From the NCBI GenBank assembly GCA_030668825.1, contig DAOVET010000006.1, forward strand, positions 1 through 61,895: 61,895 nt of DNA. The letters are read 5' to 3'. Source of the DNA: Candidatus Heimdallarchaeota archaeon (GTDB lineage Archaea > Asgardarchaeota > Heimdallarchaeia > Heimdallarchaeales > Heimdallarchaeaceae). Shown in pieces: positions 19,355-29,922 of the stretch (its first letter is position 1; each line of letters starts with the position of its first letter). Under the pieces are notes generated by a model. That model had not been told where the DNA came from, searched no databases, and was given only the letters and a program-made list of their open reading frames with translations. The translations under genes were made by a program, and so were the position numbers.

Positions 19355-20176
19355 ATGAGTGAAAGCACACAAAAATGCCCAAGCTGTACTGAGACTGTTC
19401 CATTAGAATACTCTGTTTGCCCATTTTGTGGTTTTGGACTTCTGGAGTATGAATTGAAGAAATTTTCATTCAAACCCTCATTAAGAGAAGTCTTCATAAG
19501 ATTGTATGCATATTTTAGACATCCTTTTAGAACCAGTGAAGAAATCGCAATTGCTACTGAAAAAAAAGGTGGTAATATCATTTTATTCCTATTTTCTCTG
19601 TTTCTCTCTTTGCGATACTATATGGTTATGGTAAAATCAGGAGTTGTTTTTTCAACCTTCCCAATTGGACCCGGCGGTGATAAGTGGTCAATAACAATAT
19701 CAATGGGATTCATTTTGTTTTTAGTTACTTTAGTTATAATGCCGTTAGTAGTTTGGTTGATGTACAAAATATTCCTATTTATTGCAACTTGGTTAATGGC
19801 TAAATTTGCAGCAATACTTGGCTCCGAGGCAACAACAAAACAATTCAGATCAATAATTGGTTATTCACTTGCAGCTATTACAGTAGGAGAATTTCTTGGT
19901 ATATTTTTCACGTTAATGGGACCATCTGGGGGTTTAGGAAGTTCAAGCTCTGTGAATTTTATAGATTTTGCAATTTATATAGATAATTTGTATGGTTCTC
20001 CAGTAATGTGGATATTTAAGGGATTAATGATAGCTTTATGGCTTGTATTTATTATCTATTCCTCTATATCATTAAGAATCATAGGAAAAATGGCTTGGGT
20101 TAATGCTTTTGTTGCAATAGCAATGCCTGTAGCACTTTTTGTATTCTTCTTCTACTTTTCAGGAGTGTTAGTATAG
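19355..20176 (+). CDS. Zinc-ribbon plus Yip1-like membrane protein
   Basis: CPSC...CPFCG; RHPFRT; AAILGSEATTKQFRSIIGYS; 5 TM. Confidence 0.7.
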   Translation: MSESTQKCPSCTETVPLEYSVCPFCGFGLLEYELKKFSFKPSLREVFIRLYAYFRHPFRTSEEIAIATEKKGGNIILFLFSLFLSLRYYMVMVKSGVVFSTFPIGPGGDKWSITISMGFILFLVTLVIMPLVVWLMYKIFLFIATWLMAKFAAILGSEATTKQFRSIIGYSLAAITVGEFLGIFFTLMGPSGGLGSSSSVNFIDFAIYIDNLYGSPVMWIFKGLMIALWLVFIIYSSISLRIIGKMAWVNAFVAIAMPVALFVFFFYFSGVLV

Positions 20177-20279
20177 AATTTTCTTCAGTCTCCTTTCTTT
20201 CAATTTTTATTTTAAATTTTCATCAACTAATCAGAAATTCTTTTGAAATGTCACAAATAACATATATTAAGGGAACAAA

Positions 20280-21290
20280 ATGAAAGAACAAACAACTCGT
20301 AAAATGAAACAGATTGGAGAGAAGCTTTTCTTATCGAAAATAGCTAATCTGGTAGATACTCCTATCCTCGATTACAATGAAGATGCTTCGACTTTTGCGT
20401 TAGAATCAGGAAAAATTCTTGTAATTAATGCAGACATGCTGGTGTTTAAAACTGATGTTCTTCCAGGAATGTCAGACAAACAAATAGGGCAAAAAGCTGT
20501 GACAATGTCTGTTAGCGATATTGTTGCAAAAGGTACAAAACCTCTAGGTTGTCTTGCAAGCATTGGGTTCCCTTCAAATTTAGAAATATCTAGAGCAATG
20601 GATGTAATTCAAGGGATAAGAAATCAATGTAATGAATATGATATTTTATACCTTGGAGGGGATTTGAATGAAACAGCTGATATTATTGTAGATATTGTTT
20701 CATTTGGTGTTTGTGAAAGAGAGAAATTGCTTCCCAGAAAAGGTGCCAATAATGGAGATTTACTTTTTTCAACAGGTTTTTTTGGACTAACATCCCTTGG
20801 TTATAATCTACTTTTGAATAATCAAAAAGTTCCAGTTGATTTGCAAGAAATAGTACTGTCTTCCATATTTGAACCAAAAGCGAAAATCGAATATTTAGAT
20901 CTTTTTAGCAAAATTTCAATCAATACATGTATGGATAGTTCAGATGGTCTATTTATAACTTTGAAAGAATTATCAGATATAAATAAAATGGGAATTGATG
21001 TTACTAAAGTTCCTATTCATTCTCTAGTAGAATCTTACGCTATTACTAAAAAACTGAATCCATTAGATTTAACATTTAATGGAGGAGAAGAGTTTGAACT
21101 TATTTTTTCTATTATTCCAGAGATAGAGGAAGAATTGTTAAAGCAGGCTAAAGAGAAAAAATTGTTTGTAAGAAAGATTGGTTGTTTCAATAAAAACCAT
21201 AAAAAAATAATTATTTCAGAGCAAAAGTTTTCCATGTATAATCTATCAAATGAAGGTTTTGAGCACTTCAAGACTCGAGATATACGTTGA
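20280..21290 (+). CDS. thiL: Thiamine-monophosphate kinase
   Basis: GQKAVTMSVSDIVAKG, GGDLN, MDSSDGL, GGEEFEL, GFEHF. Confidence 0.93.
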   Translation: MKEQTTRKMKQIGEKLFLSKIANLVDTPILDYNEDASTFALESGKILVINADMLVFKTDVLPGMSDKQIGQKAVTMSVSDIVAKGTKPLGCLASIGFPSNLEISRAMDVIQGIRNQCNEYDILYLGGDLNETADIIVDIVSFGVCEREKLLPRKGANNGDLLFSTGFFGLTSLGYNLLLNNQKVPVDLQEIVLSSIFEPKAKIEYLDLFSKISINTCMDSSDGLFITLKELSDINKMGIDVTKVPIHSLVESYAITKKLNPLDLTFNGGEEFELIFSIIPEIEEELLKQAKEKKLFVRKIGCFNKNHKKIIISEQKFSMYNLSNEGFEHFKTRDIR

Positions 21291-21332
21291 AAAATCCTTA
21301 ATAATTGTACTTTGTTTTTATCTTTGATTACT

Positions 21333-22583
21333 ATGGTCAAAATAACAAAGATTATTCCTCGTGAGATAATAGACTCAAGAGGAAATCCTACTGTTGAGGT
21401 GGATGTTTATACATCTGAAGGCTTTGGTCGTGCTTTAGTTCCTTCTGGTGCTTCTACTGGTGAGCACGAAGCACTTGAATTACGAGACAAAGACAAAAGA
21501 TTTCTTGGAAAGGGTGTTTTAAAAGCCATTGAAAACATAAACAAACTCATTGCCCCCAAAGTTATTGGAATGGAAGTAACTGAGCAAGAAGCAATTGACA
21601 ATCTAATGTTGGAAATTGATGGAACTGAAAATAAATCTAAACTTGGAGCAAATGCAATGCTTGGTGTTTCATTAGCTGTGTGTAAAGCTGCAGCGAATGG
21701 ACTGAACCTTCCAATTTATGAATATATGAATAAGGATGCAACAAGTTTACCTGTTCCAATGTTGAATGTTATTAATGGTGGGAAACACGCCGGAGGTAAT
21801 TTGAAAATCCAAGAATTTATGCTTATTCCTCATGGTTTCAAAAGATATAGCGAAGCTTTGAGGGCAATATGTGAGGTTTATCAAGTTCTAAGGAACAATT
21901 TAAAGAAATTTGGACCTTCAGCAATTAATCTAGGTGATGAAGGAGGTTTTGGTAGTCCAGTTGATACTGCACCCGAAGCACTTGATATGCTAGTTGAAGC
22001 CATTGAAGATGCGGGTTATAAGCCTGGAAAACAAATCTCTATTGGATTAGATTCTGCGGCATCTGAATTCTTTGAAGATTCTTTGTATGAAGTCGATGGA
22101 AAGAAACTAACTGGTAGTGAGCTTGTCGACTATTATGTTAATTTAGTTAATCAGTATCCAATAATCTCAATTGAAGATCCATTTGATGAAAATGATTTTG
22201 AGTCTTTTGCAAAATTACATGCGAAAGTACCTGATATATCTGTAGTTGCAGATGATTTAACCGTAACAAATCCAAAGAGAATACAGATGGCGATTGATAA
22301 GAAAGCTGCAAATTATCTTTTACTGAAAGTCAATCAAATTGGGACATTAACTGAATCTATTCAAGCTGCTAATCTAGCACGTAACAACGGTTGGGGCATA
22401 AATATCTCTCACAGATCAGGAGAAACAGAAGATGCCTTCATTGCTGATTTAGCTGTAGCTCTTGGGGCAGAAAGAATAAAAACTGGTGCTCCTGCAAGAG
22501 GCGAACGTACTGCAAAATATAACCAACTACTACGTATTGAAGAACAGCTAGGAGACAAAGCAAAATATCTTGGAAGCAAATAA
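21333..22583 (+). CDS. eno: Enolase
   Basis: [38 protein letters not shown]. Confidence 0.98.
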   Translation: MVKITKIIPREIIDSRGNPTVEVDVYTSEGFGRALVPSGASTGEHEALELRDKDKRFLGKGVLKAIENINKLIAPKVIGMEVTEQEAIDNLMLEIDGTENKSKLGANAMLGVSLAVCKAAANGLNLPIYEYMNKDATSLPVPMLNVINGGKHAGGNLKIQEFMLIPHGFKRYSEALRAICEVYQVLRNNLKKFGPSAINLGDEGGFGSPVDTAPEALDMLVEAIEDAGYKPGKQISIGLDSAASEFFEDSLYEVDGKKLTGSELVDYYVNLVNQYPIISIEDPFDENDFESFAKLHAKVPDISVVADDLTVTNPKRIQMAIDKKAANYLLLKVNQIGTLTESIQAANLARNNGWGINISHRSGETEDAFIADLAVALGAERIKTGAPARGERTAKYNQLLRIEEQLGDKAKYLGSK

Positions 22584-22658
22584 TCTGTTTCCTACTTACT
22601 TTTTCTATTCAATGGATAATATTTTTGAATGCTATTCATCTTTTGTGAATGATATTAA

Positions 22659-24176
22659 ATGAGCAATGAATATGATACATTATTAGAAAATTACCAAGAA
22701 ATACAACTGTTAAATTCAATTAGTGGAGTTCTTTATTGGGATATGAATACCCACATGCCCCCCGCAGCAGTAGGGTATAGAGCAAAACAATTTCAATATA
22801 TTAGTCAAAAAATTCATGGTTTAACTACCAAGCCTGAAGTAGGTACATTATTGGAAACATGTGAAAAAGATAATTCTCTTGATGATTTTCGAAGAAGAAA
22901 TATTGAATTGATTAGAAGAGCTTATGATGACAGAACAATTCTTCCATCTGAGTTAGTAGGAAAACTTGCTGCTCAATCAAACAAAACTCTTGAAGTTTGG
23001 AAAAAAGCTAAGGCAAAATCTGACTTTCAAATGGTTCTTCCTGATTTAGAAGATTTATTCGCTCTCAATGTAGAGTCTACCACTCTCTTGGCTAAATCAA
23101 AAAATATGGATGATCCTTTTAATGCACTTATAGATAGTCGAGATAAGGGTTTTAGTGTAAAACTACTTACTAATCTCTTTGATGAAGTAAAGTCCTTTCT
23201 GATTCCCTTTATCAAGAAATGTTCTGAATCAGAAGTAAAGCCTGATAGATCATTTCTTAGCAGGAATGTTTCACGCTCAACTCAAGTGAAAATGGTTGAA
23301 AACCTTGCACGTTTCTTAGAATATGATTTCTATTCAGATAATGCAGTTGGAAACATTGCAGAAGTTGAACATCCTTTAACGATTGGTGGTGGTTTTAAAG
23401 ATGTCAGAGTTACTGTAAAATATCACGAAGACCATGTTTTATCTGCTTTTCTTGCGGGAGCACATGAATGTGGTCATGCCATTCACGGATTACAAGGTAA
23501 GGATGAATGGTTTAATCAACCTATCTATCGCATGTCGTCTCCAAGTTTTGGGGAATCACAATCTAGATTTCTTGAAAACGTTATTACCAGCTCAAAAGAG
23601 TTTTGGAATTATTATTATCCTCAGTTTCAAAAAGATACTGCAGATGTTTTCAAGAATATTTCTTTGGAGGATTTCTATTTTGCTCTTAATGCTGTAAATC
23701 CTGGTTTTATTAGAATACAAGCTGATGAGGTTACTTATATTTTGCATATCATAATCCGGTTTGAAATAGAGAGAGATTGGTTTGCTGGGAAGATAGATAC
23801 GAAAGAATTACCTCAAGTCTGGAACGAAAAATACAAACACTATTTAGGAGTGGATGTTCCAAGCGATACTTTAGGATTGATGCAAGATTTACACTGGTAT
23901 TCACAATATTACGGTTACTTCTTTGGTTATGGGATAGGTGACTTAATCTCTTCTCAAATAACTGCTAAAATGTCTCAAGATCTTCCTGATTGGAAAACAT
24001 CTCTACAAAATGGCAAATTCACACCCATCCGTCAATGGCTTGAATTAAATATACATCAGAGGGGTGGAACTTTGGATTGTCTCGATATGGTTAAAAGTAT
24101 CACAGGAGAAGACCTGACACCAAGATATCATATAGAATATTTAAAGGAAAAATTCTCACCTTTATATCAAATCTAG
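22659..24176 (+). CDS. Carboxypeptidase, M32 family
   Basis: HECGH, ESQS, IRIQADEVTY, QDLHW. Confidence 0.93.
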   Translation: MSNEYDTLLENYQEIQLLNSISGVLYWDMNTHMPPAAVGYRAKQFQYISQKIHGLTTKPEVGTLLETCEKDNSLDDFRRRNIELIRRAYDDRTILPSELVGKLAAQSNKTLEVWKKAKAKSDFQMVLPDLEDLFALNVESTTLLAKSKNMDDPFNALIDSRDKGFSVKLLTNLFDEVKSFLIPFIKKCSESEVKPDRSFLSRNVSRSTQVKMVENLARFLEYDFYSDNAVGNIAEVEHPLTIGGGFKDVRVTVKYHEDHVLSAFLAGAHECGHAIHGLQGKDEWFNQPIYRMSSPSFGESQSRFLENVITSSKEFWNYYYPQFQKDTADVFKNISLEDFYFALNAVNPGFIRIQADEVTYILHIIIRFEIERDWFAGKIDTKELPQVWNEKYKHYLGVDVPSDTLGLMQDLHWYSQYYGYFFGYGIGDLISSQITAKMSQDLPDWKTSLQNGKFTPIRQWLELNIHQRGGTLDCLDMVKSITGEDLTPRYHIEYLKEKFSPLYQI

Positions 24177-24241
24177 ATTCTACCTTCAGAAACAGAATAA
24201 TTGAAAATGAAAAAGAAAGAGAGAGATATCAAAGAAAATAT

Positions 24242-25144
24242 CTAGAGTTTAATTTCTTCTTGGGATACTTTCTTAGGGTCTTTCATCAACTTCACACTAT
24301 CTGCCATGAACAGATCTTCAACATAAAATACTCTCCCCTCTACCAAAGTATTAGGGCCTAATTTTATAACCCTTCCCTTAATGTTCTTAAATACTTTAAC
24401 ATCTTGAACATCTACTTCATTTTGTGCAATGATGCTTCCATAAACAGTTACTATTTTCTTAGCTTTCCTGAAAAACCAAGATTCAAAAACGGTTCTTCGA
24501 CCTTCGATTAATACACTATCACACAAGATGTTTTTCTCAATACGTGCCTTTCCTCCAATTTTAATTGTATTTTCAGAAAGTAGATTAGCCCCTATTGTAG
24601 AAGAACCTGTGAGGGTAGCTCCTCTAATAGCCTGTGTATTCTTTTCACTTCTATAGGATCCAGTTACTGAAAGATGTCCTTGAACCACAGTTTCTCCCGA
24701 AACTCTTGCTGAACCACTAAATGAGGCATTTTCATCAGTATGTAAATCTTTCTCGCATCTAAATGAACCTGAACACTTTACTTCACCATGTGCGAGTACA
24801 TTTCCATAAGCTTTAACTGATCCAGAACAGCGTAATGCTTTACATTCAATATCTCCAGAGATTTTACCTGATCCAGAGATTCTTATATCTCTTGCCACTT
24901 TCCCTCCAGATATCCTGGCAGCACCAGAGACAGTTATAGAATCTTGTGTGAAAGTTTTTGCACCTGATACTTTTATGTCAGGTGCATCTTTTCTAAATTC
25001 CAAATCTTGTCTAGCTGAACTTAATTTTTCAGTGTATCTTTCCTTTAATTCTTCATAGCTAGCTTTGTCGATCTCGCCTTCTTCTTTCCTCTTTTCTAGG
25101 AGATCTAAGAGTTCTTTATACATTCTTATGTCATTTTGACTCAT
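24242..25144 (-). CDS. Bactofilin-like (polymer-forming, YhbE/YhbF-type) beta-helix protein with SHOCT-like N-terminus
   Basis: Repeats ISGSGKISGDI / CSGSVKAYGNV / FSGSARVSGET; IKGRVIKLGPNTLVEGRVFY; N-terminal KEEGEIDKASYEELK. Confidence 0.7.
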   Translation of the reverse strand: MSQNDIRMYKELLDLLEKRKEEGEIDKASYEELKERYTEKLSSARQDLEFRKDAPDIKVSGAKTFTQDSITVSGAARISGGKVARDIRISGSGKISGDIECKALRCSGSVKAYGNVLAHGEVKCSGSFRCEKDLHTDENASFSGSARVSGETVVQGHLSVTGSYRSEKNTQAIRGATLTGSSTIGANLLSENTIKIGGKARIEKNILCDSVLIEGRRTVFESWFFRKAKKIVTVYGSIIAQNEVDVQDVKVFKNIKGRVIKLGPNTLVEGRVFYVEDLFMADSVKLMKDPKKVSQEEIKL

Positions 25145-25210
25145 TACTTACACCTTAAAACTATTTTATCCACATTTTATATAATGTTTTTTTAATCAAT
25201 TAGGTAATAA

Positions 25211-25268
25211 ACTTAAATCTCAAGTTGTAAGCTTAAACCGAGAAGTTTAAACCGACAACAATTTAAGT
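25211..25268. promoter_or_regulatory. Candidate operator between divergent bactofilin-like and ArsR genes
   Basis: TTAAACCGA x2 (25233, 25247) within inverted repeats ACTTAAAT/ATTTAAGT and GTTGT/ACAAC. Confidence 0.4.
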
Positions 25269-25289
25269 AGAGAACCAGATGTTTGATAT

Positions 25290-25733
25290 ATGTCGGAGAT
25301 AATAGATGATTCTCAAAAGGAAAGCCCTATTGTAGATGTCATTTATTCAATTTTCCGTGATGGTACTAGACGAAAAATCCTTACCCTTTTAGGAAATATG
25401 AAATTAACAGCGGATGAACTTACAAAAGAATTAGGTATTTCGAGACCTGCTGTTGAAAAACATCTCAAGCAGATGTTAGAGATTGGATTAATAGAAAGAA
25501 AAGCTGACACTTATCCAACCTTGAAGTATATCTACACCATACCCTCGCCTGGACTAGATTTACTTTCTAATGTAAGAGATGCGATTGATACATTCGTTTC
25601 TTCATTGAGAGAAGAATATACACGAAGATTAGAAAATGAAGAACAGATGTATGTTTTAGGTATGTCTTCAAAAGATAGATATGAAGCAATAAAGAAGTCT
25701 TATAATTCTATTCTTGAAAGATTGCAAAAATGA
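25290..25733 (+). CDS. ArsR-family transcriptional regulator
   Basis: DGTRRKILTLL, LGISRPAVEKHLKQMLEIGLI. Confidence 0.85.
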   Translation: MSEIIDDSQKESPIVDVIYSIFRDGTRRKILTLLGNMKLTADELTKELGISRPAVEKHLKQMLEIGLIERKADTYPTLKYIYTIPSPGLDLLSNVRDAIDTFVSSLREEYTRRLENEEQMYVLGMSSKDRYEAIKKSYNSILERLQK

Positions 25734-25754
25734 TGATTTTTGGAATGTACTAAT

Positions 25755-26246
25755 ATGCAAATTAAAGCAAGAAATCACTTATCAAAAAAGGATAAAAGAG
25801 CATTAATAGCTCAATTAACAGAATTTTTCGGTGAAGAAATAACAAATTCTCTGCAAAAAGATATAATAATTGAAGAAGTTAGAACAGATATTGGAACTTT
25901 TATTGTTAATAATCGTAAAATATGGGTTTTTGACCATGAAAATATGAAAATACCTACAATCCATTTTTTGCGACAACATGCTTATTCCCTCCCTAAAATT
26001 GTGGTTGATATTGGGGCAATTAGGTTTATTACTAACGGAGCTGATGTTATGGCTCCAGGAATTGTCTTTTTTGACGAACAGATAAAAGAAGGTTCAATTG
26101 TTGTCATTCATGAAGAAAGGGCGAATTCTATAATTGGCATAGGACAATCGCTAATTTCCTCAAAAGACTTTTCAAAATCTAATAAAGGGAAGGTTATTAA
26201 GAATCTCCATCATCTTAGAGATTCCATTTGGGAATTTCAGTTCTAG
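25755..26246 (+). CDS. PUA-domain RNA-binding protein (DUF1947/MCTS1-like)
   Basis: LSKKDK, VVDIGAIRFITNGADVMAPGI, GKVIKNLHHLRDSIW. Confidence 0.88.
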   Translation: MQIKARNHLSKKDKRALIAQLTEFFGEEITNSLQKDIIIEEVRTDIGTFIVNNRKIWVFDHENMKIPTIHFLRQHAYSLPKIVVDIGAIRFITNGADVMAPGIVFFDEQIKEGSIVVIHEERANSIIGIGQSLISSKDFSKSNKGKVIKNLHHLRDSIWEFQF

Positions 26247-26254
26247 ATCTTCAT

Positions 26255-28198
26255 TTATTTCAATCTGATAGTTGTTCCGTTAGGAGGCGCAAGACTTTCT
26301 CTTTTTGTGGTTTTGTATACCCACGATGCAAACTTTGTTACTTTTGATTCTTCCCCATGAATAACAACAACTCTTTCTGGTTTTGGAGTAACTTTGTGGA
26401 TATAATTTTCTAACTCCCTTCTATCACTATGACCAGTGAAACCAGAAATACTATGAACAGCCATTTCAATATGATACATCACAGTTTTTCTATTTTCAAC
26501 CATTTGAAGCTCTGTAATCCCTTTTTTGATTTTACTGCCTAAAGTTCCTTTACCTTGATAGCTTACAAAAATTAGTGCATTATTTGGATCTGAACAAAGA
26601 GCTTTGAAGTATTGAACACTGGGTCCTCCATTCATCATACCACTTGTAGCCAAGATTATTGCTGGATCGCCTTCAATGATTAACTCCCTTTCTTCACTAG
26701 CTCCTACATGTTTCATCTGCTCAGCTAGGAAAGGGTTCTCTCCTTCATGGAAAATTCTATCTCTCAAATTCCTTGATAAGAATTCAGGATGAGCTGTTGT
26801 AATTGCTGAAGCTTCTCTTATCATACCATCGGTATATATTGGAATCTTTGGGAGTTCTCCAGATCTCATTAGACCTTCCAAAACTACAAGTATTTCTTGA
26901 GCCCTTCCTACTGCAAGTACCGGAATTAGAACCTTCCCTCCTTTTTGAATAGTGTCATGAATTATGTTTCTCAACATTTTTTCGCACTCACTTCTTGAAG
27001 GAAGAATATCTTGTGGTTTGCCGTAAGTTGATTCAATAAATAGTGTTTCTAATCTTGGAAACCTTGCATTAGCCGCATCTAATAGGTTGGATTTAGCAAA
27101 TTTTATATCTTGTGCAAAAGCAACATTATAAACTCCTTCTCCAATATGAAGGTGAGGAATAGCACTTCCAATTATGTGACCTGCATTATGAAAAGTTAGT
27201 CGTATATCTGGAGTTATATCTGTTACTTCTCCATAATCTAAAACAATAGTATGTAAGACTGAATTTCTGATGTCCCTTTGTTCATATGGTAATGTTTTGC
27301 CTTCTTTATTTGCTACATCAAGATAGTCAATTTGCAACATTGTCATTAAATCTCTAGTAGGTCGTGTAGCGTATACTGCGCCTTTGTATCCATACTTAAA
27401 CAGATAAGGAACAAAACCTGAATGATCAAGATGAGCATGTGATATCACAACCGCATCAAGTTGTTCAATGTCAAATTCTGGTAAATCAAATCTTGGGAAA
27501 GTATTATTTGGGGTGTTACTCCCAACATTGATTCCACAATCAATTAGTGCTCTGCTTTCTCCAGTTTGAATCAAGGAAGAACTTCTACCTACTTCTGCAT
27601 AACCACCTAGAGCTGTCACCCTTATTGTATCATCTCTGTAAATTATAGGTCTGTGAATCCTCTTCCCAACGGTTCTAAGGACTTCTTGACGTATCTTTGA
27701 ATGCTCTTGATAAAGGTGTCTTATAGTTTTTATAACCTTTGATTCGATTGGAGGGGTTCTCATGACTCTTGGTCGCCATAATGTTTTTGCAATTATATTA
27801 CGTAACATTTCACCTGATTTCCCTATTATAACACCAGGTTTCAATGCTTCTATAATTACTTCACCAACAAGTTCATCAAAATCGATATTAGTTATCTCTC
27901 CCTCTTTTCCAACTAATTCATTTATCGCGAAAATTGTTTCATCCTTTGGTAGTCTCACACTAGGATCTGAACGAATAACTATTCTTTTCCTTAATTTCTT
28001 AGCTAATTCCTTTATAATTGTTTCATCGTCAACTAACACCCGGGGGTTCTTAGAATAAACTGCAACCTCTGGTCCCTCAAATTCTATAGTAGTAATTGCA
28101 GAGTTGTCAGGGAGATCGTTATGTATGTCTTCAGATATCTTTTCTAATACTTCTTTATAACTCAAAGTGTTCAAACCTACTGTATTCCTTAAAAACAA
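26255..28198 (-). CDS. fttA: aCPSF1 / FttA beta-CASP ribonuclease (transcription termination factor)
   Basis: KH domains (IEFEGPE, KPGVIIGK), LGGYAEVGRS, SHAHLDH, AGHIIGS, FTGHSD; true start may be slightly downstream. Confidence 0.96.
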   Translation of the reverse strand: MFLRNTVGLNTLSYKEVLEKISEDIHNDLPDNSAITTIEFEGPEVAVYSKNPRVLVDDETIIKELAKKLRKRIVIRSDPSVRLPKDETIFAINELVGKEGEITNIDFDELVGEVIIEALKPGVIIGKSGEMLRNIIAKTLWRPRVMRTPPIESKVIKTIRHLYQEHSKIRQEVLRTVGKRIHRPIIYRDDTIRVTALGGYAEVGRSSSLIQTGESRALIDCGINVGSNTPNNTFPRFDLPEFDIEQLDAVVISHAHLDHSGFVPYLFKYGYKGAVYATRPTRDLMTMLQIDYLDVANKEGKTLPYEQRDIRNSVLHTIVLDYGEVTDITPDIRLTFHNAGHIIGSAIPHLHIGEGVYNVAFAQDIKFAKSNLLDAANARFPRLETLFIESTYGKPQDILPSRSECEKMLRNIIHDTIQKGGKVLIPVLAVGRAQEILVVLEGLMRSGELPKIPIYTDGMIREASAITTAHPEFLSRNLRDRIFHEGENPFLAEQMKHVGASEERELIIEGDPAIILATSGMMNGGPSVQYFKALCSDPNNALIFVSYQGKGTLGSKIKKGITELQMVENRKTVMYHIEMAVHSISGFTGHSDRRELENYIHKVTPKPERVVVIHGEESKVTKFASWVYKTTKRESLAPPNGTTIRLK

Positions 28199-28345
28199 AT
28201 ATTTTTGGAGAACAAGCCCTCATATTTGCTTAAACAAAGTTTAAAACTAAACTAATTCTCTAAACTGTGTTTAAATACTTTTTGTTTTTGCTTGTTATAA
28301 CTTGATTCCCTATAGTTTGATTATACTAACCAAAAGGAATAATCT

Positions 28346-28894
28346 TCAACTTCCTCCTCTTAAATACCAGCCAACATCTAATGGCTTTTTTCTTGAACCT
28401 TTTATTACAATTGTGTTTTCTTTTAAAGAGGAAAGTTCTCTACTGCTAATTTCTGCCCTTCCAACCCCATAAAGAAGCTTATTTTCTCCTATAACTATTA
28501 TTTGGTCGTTTTTATCAAAATTTTCCTCATATTTAGTTATATTCTCTTTGAATATAGGTTTACCATATAGAAATTGAACAGTTTTAACGATAATTTTCTT
28601 TGATGTGTAGTTGGAAATAATGTTTGCTCCTTCGATTTCAAGATGAAATGAATTTGACGAAATACTACCTATAGGTATCCCTGCTGAATAAGGTTCTAAA
28701 ATGGAGATTTTTGTGATTAAATCTGAACTCTTTTTAGGAACTGTGAATACTTCTTTTACTTTGCCTTCCTTTATCCAAAAATCATATTCTTTGAATACTA
28801 CTAGAACATTTGTACCAAAATCAGCTTCCAATGTTTCCATAATAAGCTTATTTTCTTCTTTCGTTCTAATTCGAAATGTTGGTTTATTCATCAT
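28346..28894 (-). CDS. NIP7-like PUA-domain ribosome biogenesis protein
   Basis: YSAGIPIG, QFLYGKPI, DVGWYLRGG; adjacent to Nop2-like gene. Confidence 0.75.
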   Translation of the reverse strand: MMNKPTFRIRTKEENKLIMETLEADFGTNVLVVFKEYDFWIKEGKVKEVFTVPKKSSDLITKISILEPYSAGIPIGSISSNSFHLEIEGANIISNYTSKKIIVKTVQFLYGKPIFKENITKYEENFDKNDQIIVIGENKLLYGVGRAEISSRELSSLKENTIVIKGSRKKPLDVGWYLRGGS

Positions 28895-29849
28895 TTTTCA
28901 CCAGTTTTGCAATAAAGAATCCTTCTCCATTTGTTTCATGTGGATACAATCTTCTTGTTTTTGTAAGGTTTTTTTCTAAATCCATATCAAGGAATTTTGT
29001 TATTCCAGGTTTCCCTTTAACTCCAATTTCACTTAATTTTACATCAGCTTTCTTCAAAATGTCAGAGATTACCAATTCATTTTCTTCAGGTTCCAAAGAA
29101 CAGGTACAATAAACAAGTTCCCCATTAGTTTTTAGAACATTAAGAGCAGTTGTCAGTAATGAAACTTGATAATCATGGTAATGTAAAATGTCTTTCAAAG
29201 ATTTGCTTTTTTTTCTAGTTGGATCAGTTATTATAATTCCTGAACCTGAGCATGGAACATCAAGAAGAATCTTATCAAACTGTAGATCGAAATCTTTTGC
29301 ATTACGTGCATCCATTTGGAAAACAGCTGTGTTTTCAACTCCCATTCTCGATAAATTAGATTTTAAGCTTCTACACCGATTAGCGCTTATTTCCAAAGCA
29401 ATTATGACACCCTTATTGTTCATTAACTGTGCTAAGTGAGTTGTTTTTCCTCCAGGGGCTGCAGCAAAATCTCCTATAAGTTCTCCTTCTTGTGGGTCCA
29501 AAATTCGTGGAGGGTAGAGGGAGTTCTTACCTTGTAACATGTAAAAACCATTGAGATATTCAGGTGTTGCTCCAATAGGATGAGGTGATTTTGTAATAGC
29601 TCTAGATTCAGGAAATTCCGTGTTTTTCTCTAGCTGAATTCCTTTCCTTTTCAATAATCTCTCAGAGTTTTCAAACGAATTTCTAAGTGAATTCAATCGA
29701 ATGGATTGAGGTAGAGTAGTTTCATTAAATTTGATTAATTCTTTTGTTTCACTTTCTCCAAGCATTTCTATGAACCTATCAATCATATATGGTAAATAAC
29801 CCAATTTACTACCTAATTCGAAGACATCATATTCTTTTTGGAGAGACAA
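28884..29849 (-). CDS. NOL1/NOP2/RsmB-family RNA m5C methyltransferase
   Basis: TPEYLNGFYMLQ, DFAAAPGGKT, LLDVPCSG, YCTCSLEPEENE; likely TTG 29849 (longer ORF overlaps egsA). Confidence 0.92.
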   Translation of the reverse strand: MSLQKEYDVFELGSKLGYLPYMIDRFIEMLGESETKELIKFNETTLPQSIRLNSLRNSFENSERLLKRKGIQLEKNTEFPESRAITKSPHPIGATPEYLNGFYMLQGKNSLYPPRILDPQEGELIGDFAAAPGGKTTHLAQLMNNKGVIIALEISANRCRSLKSNLSRMGVENTAVFQMDARNAKDFDLQFDKILLDVPCSGSGIIITDPTRKKSKSLKDILHYHDYQVSLLTTALNVLKTNGELVYCTCSLEPEENELVISDILKKADVKLSEIGVKGKPGITKFLDMDLEKNLTKTRRLYPHETNGEGFFIAKLVKNDE

Positions 29850-29922
29850 TTCTATCAACTTGATTTTTGATAACAATTTCAAGTCAAAATATAAAAGTAA
29901 CCTATTAGAATAATTTCTCAGA

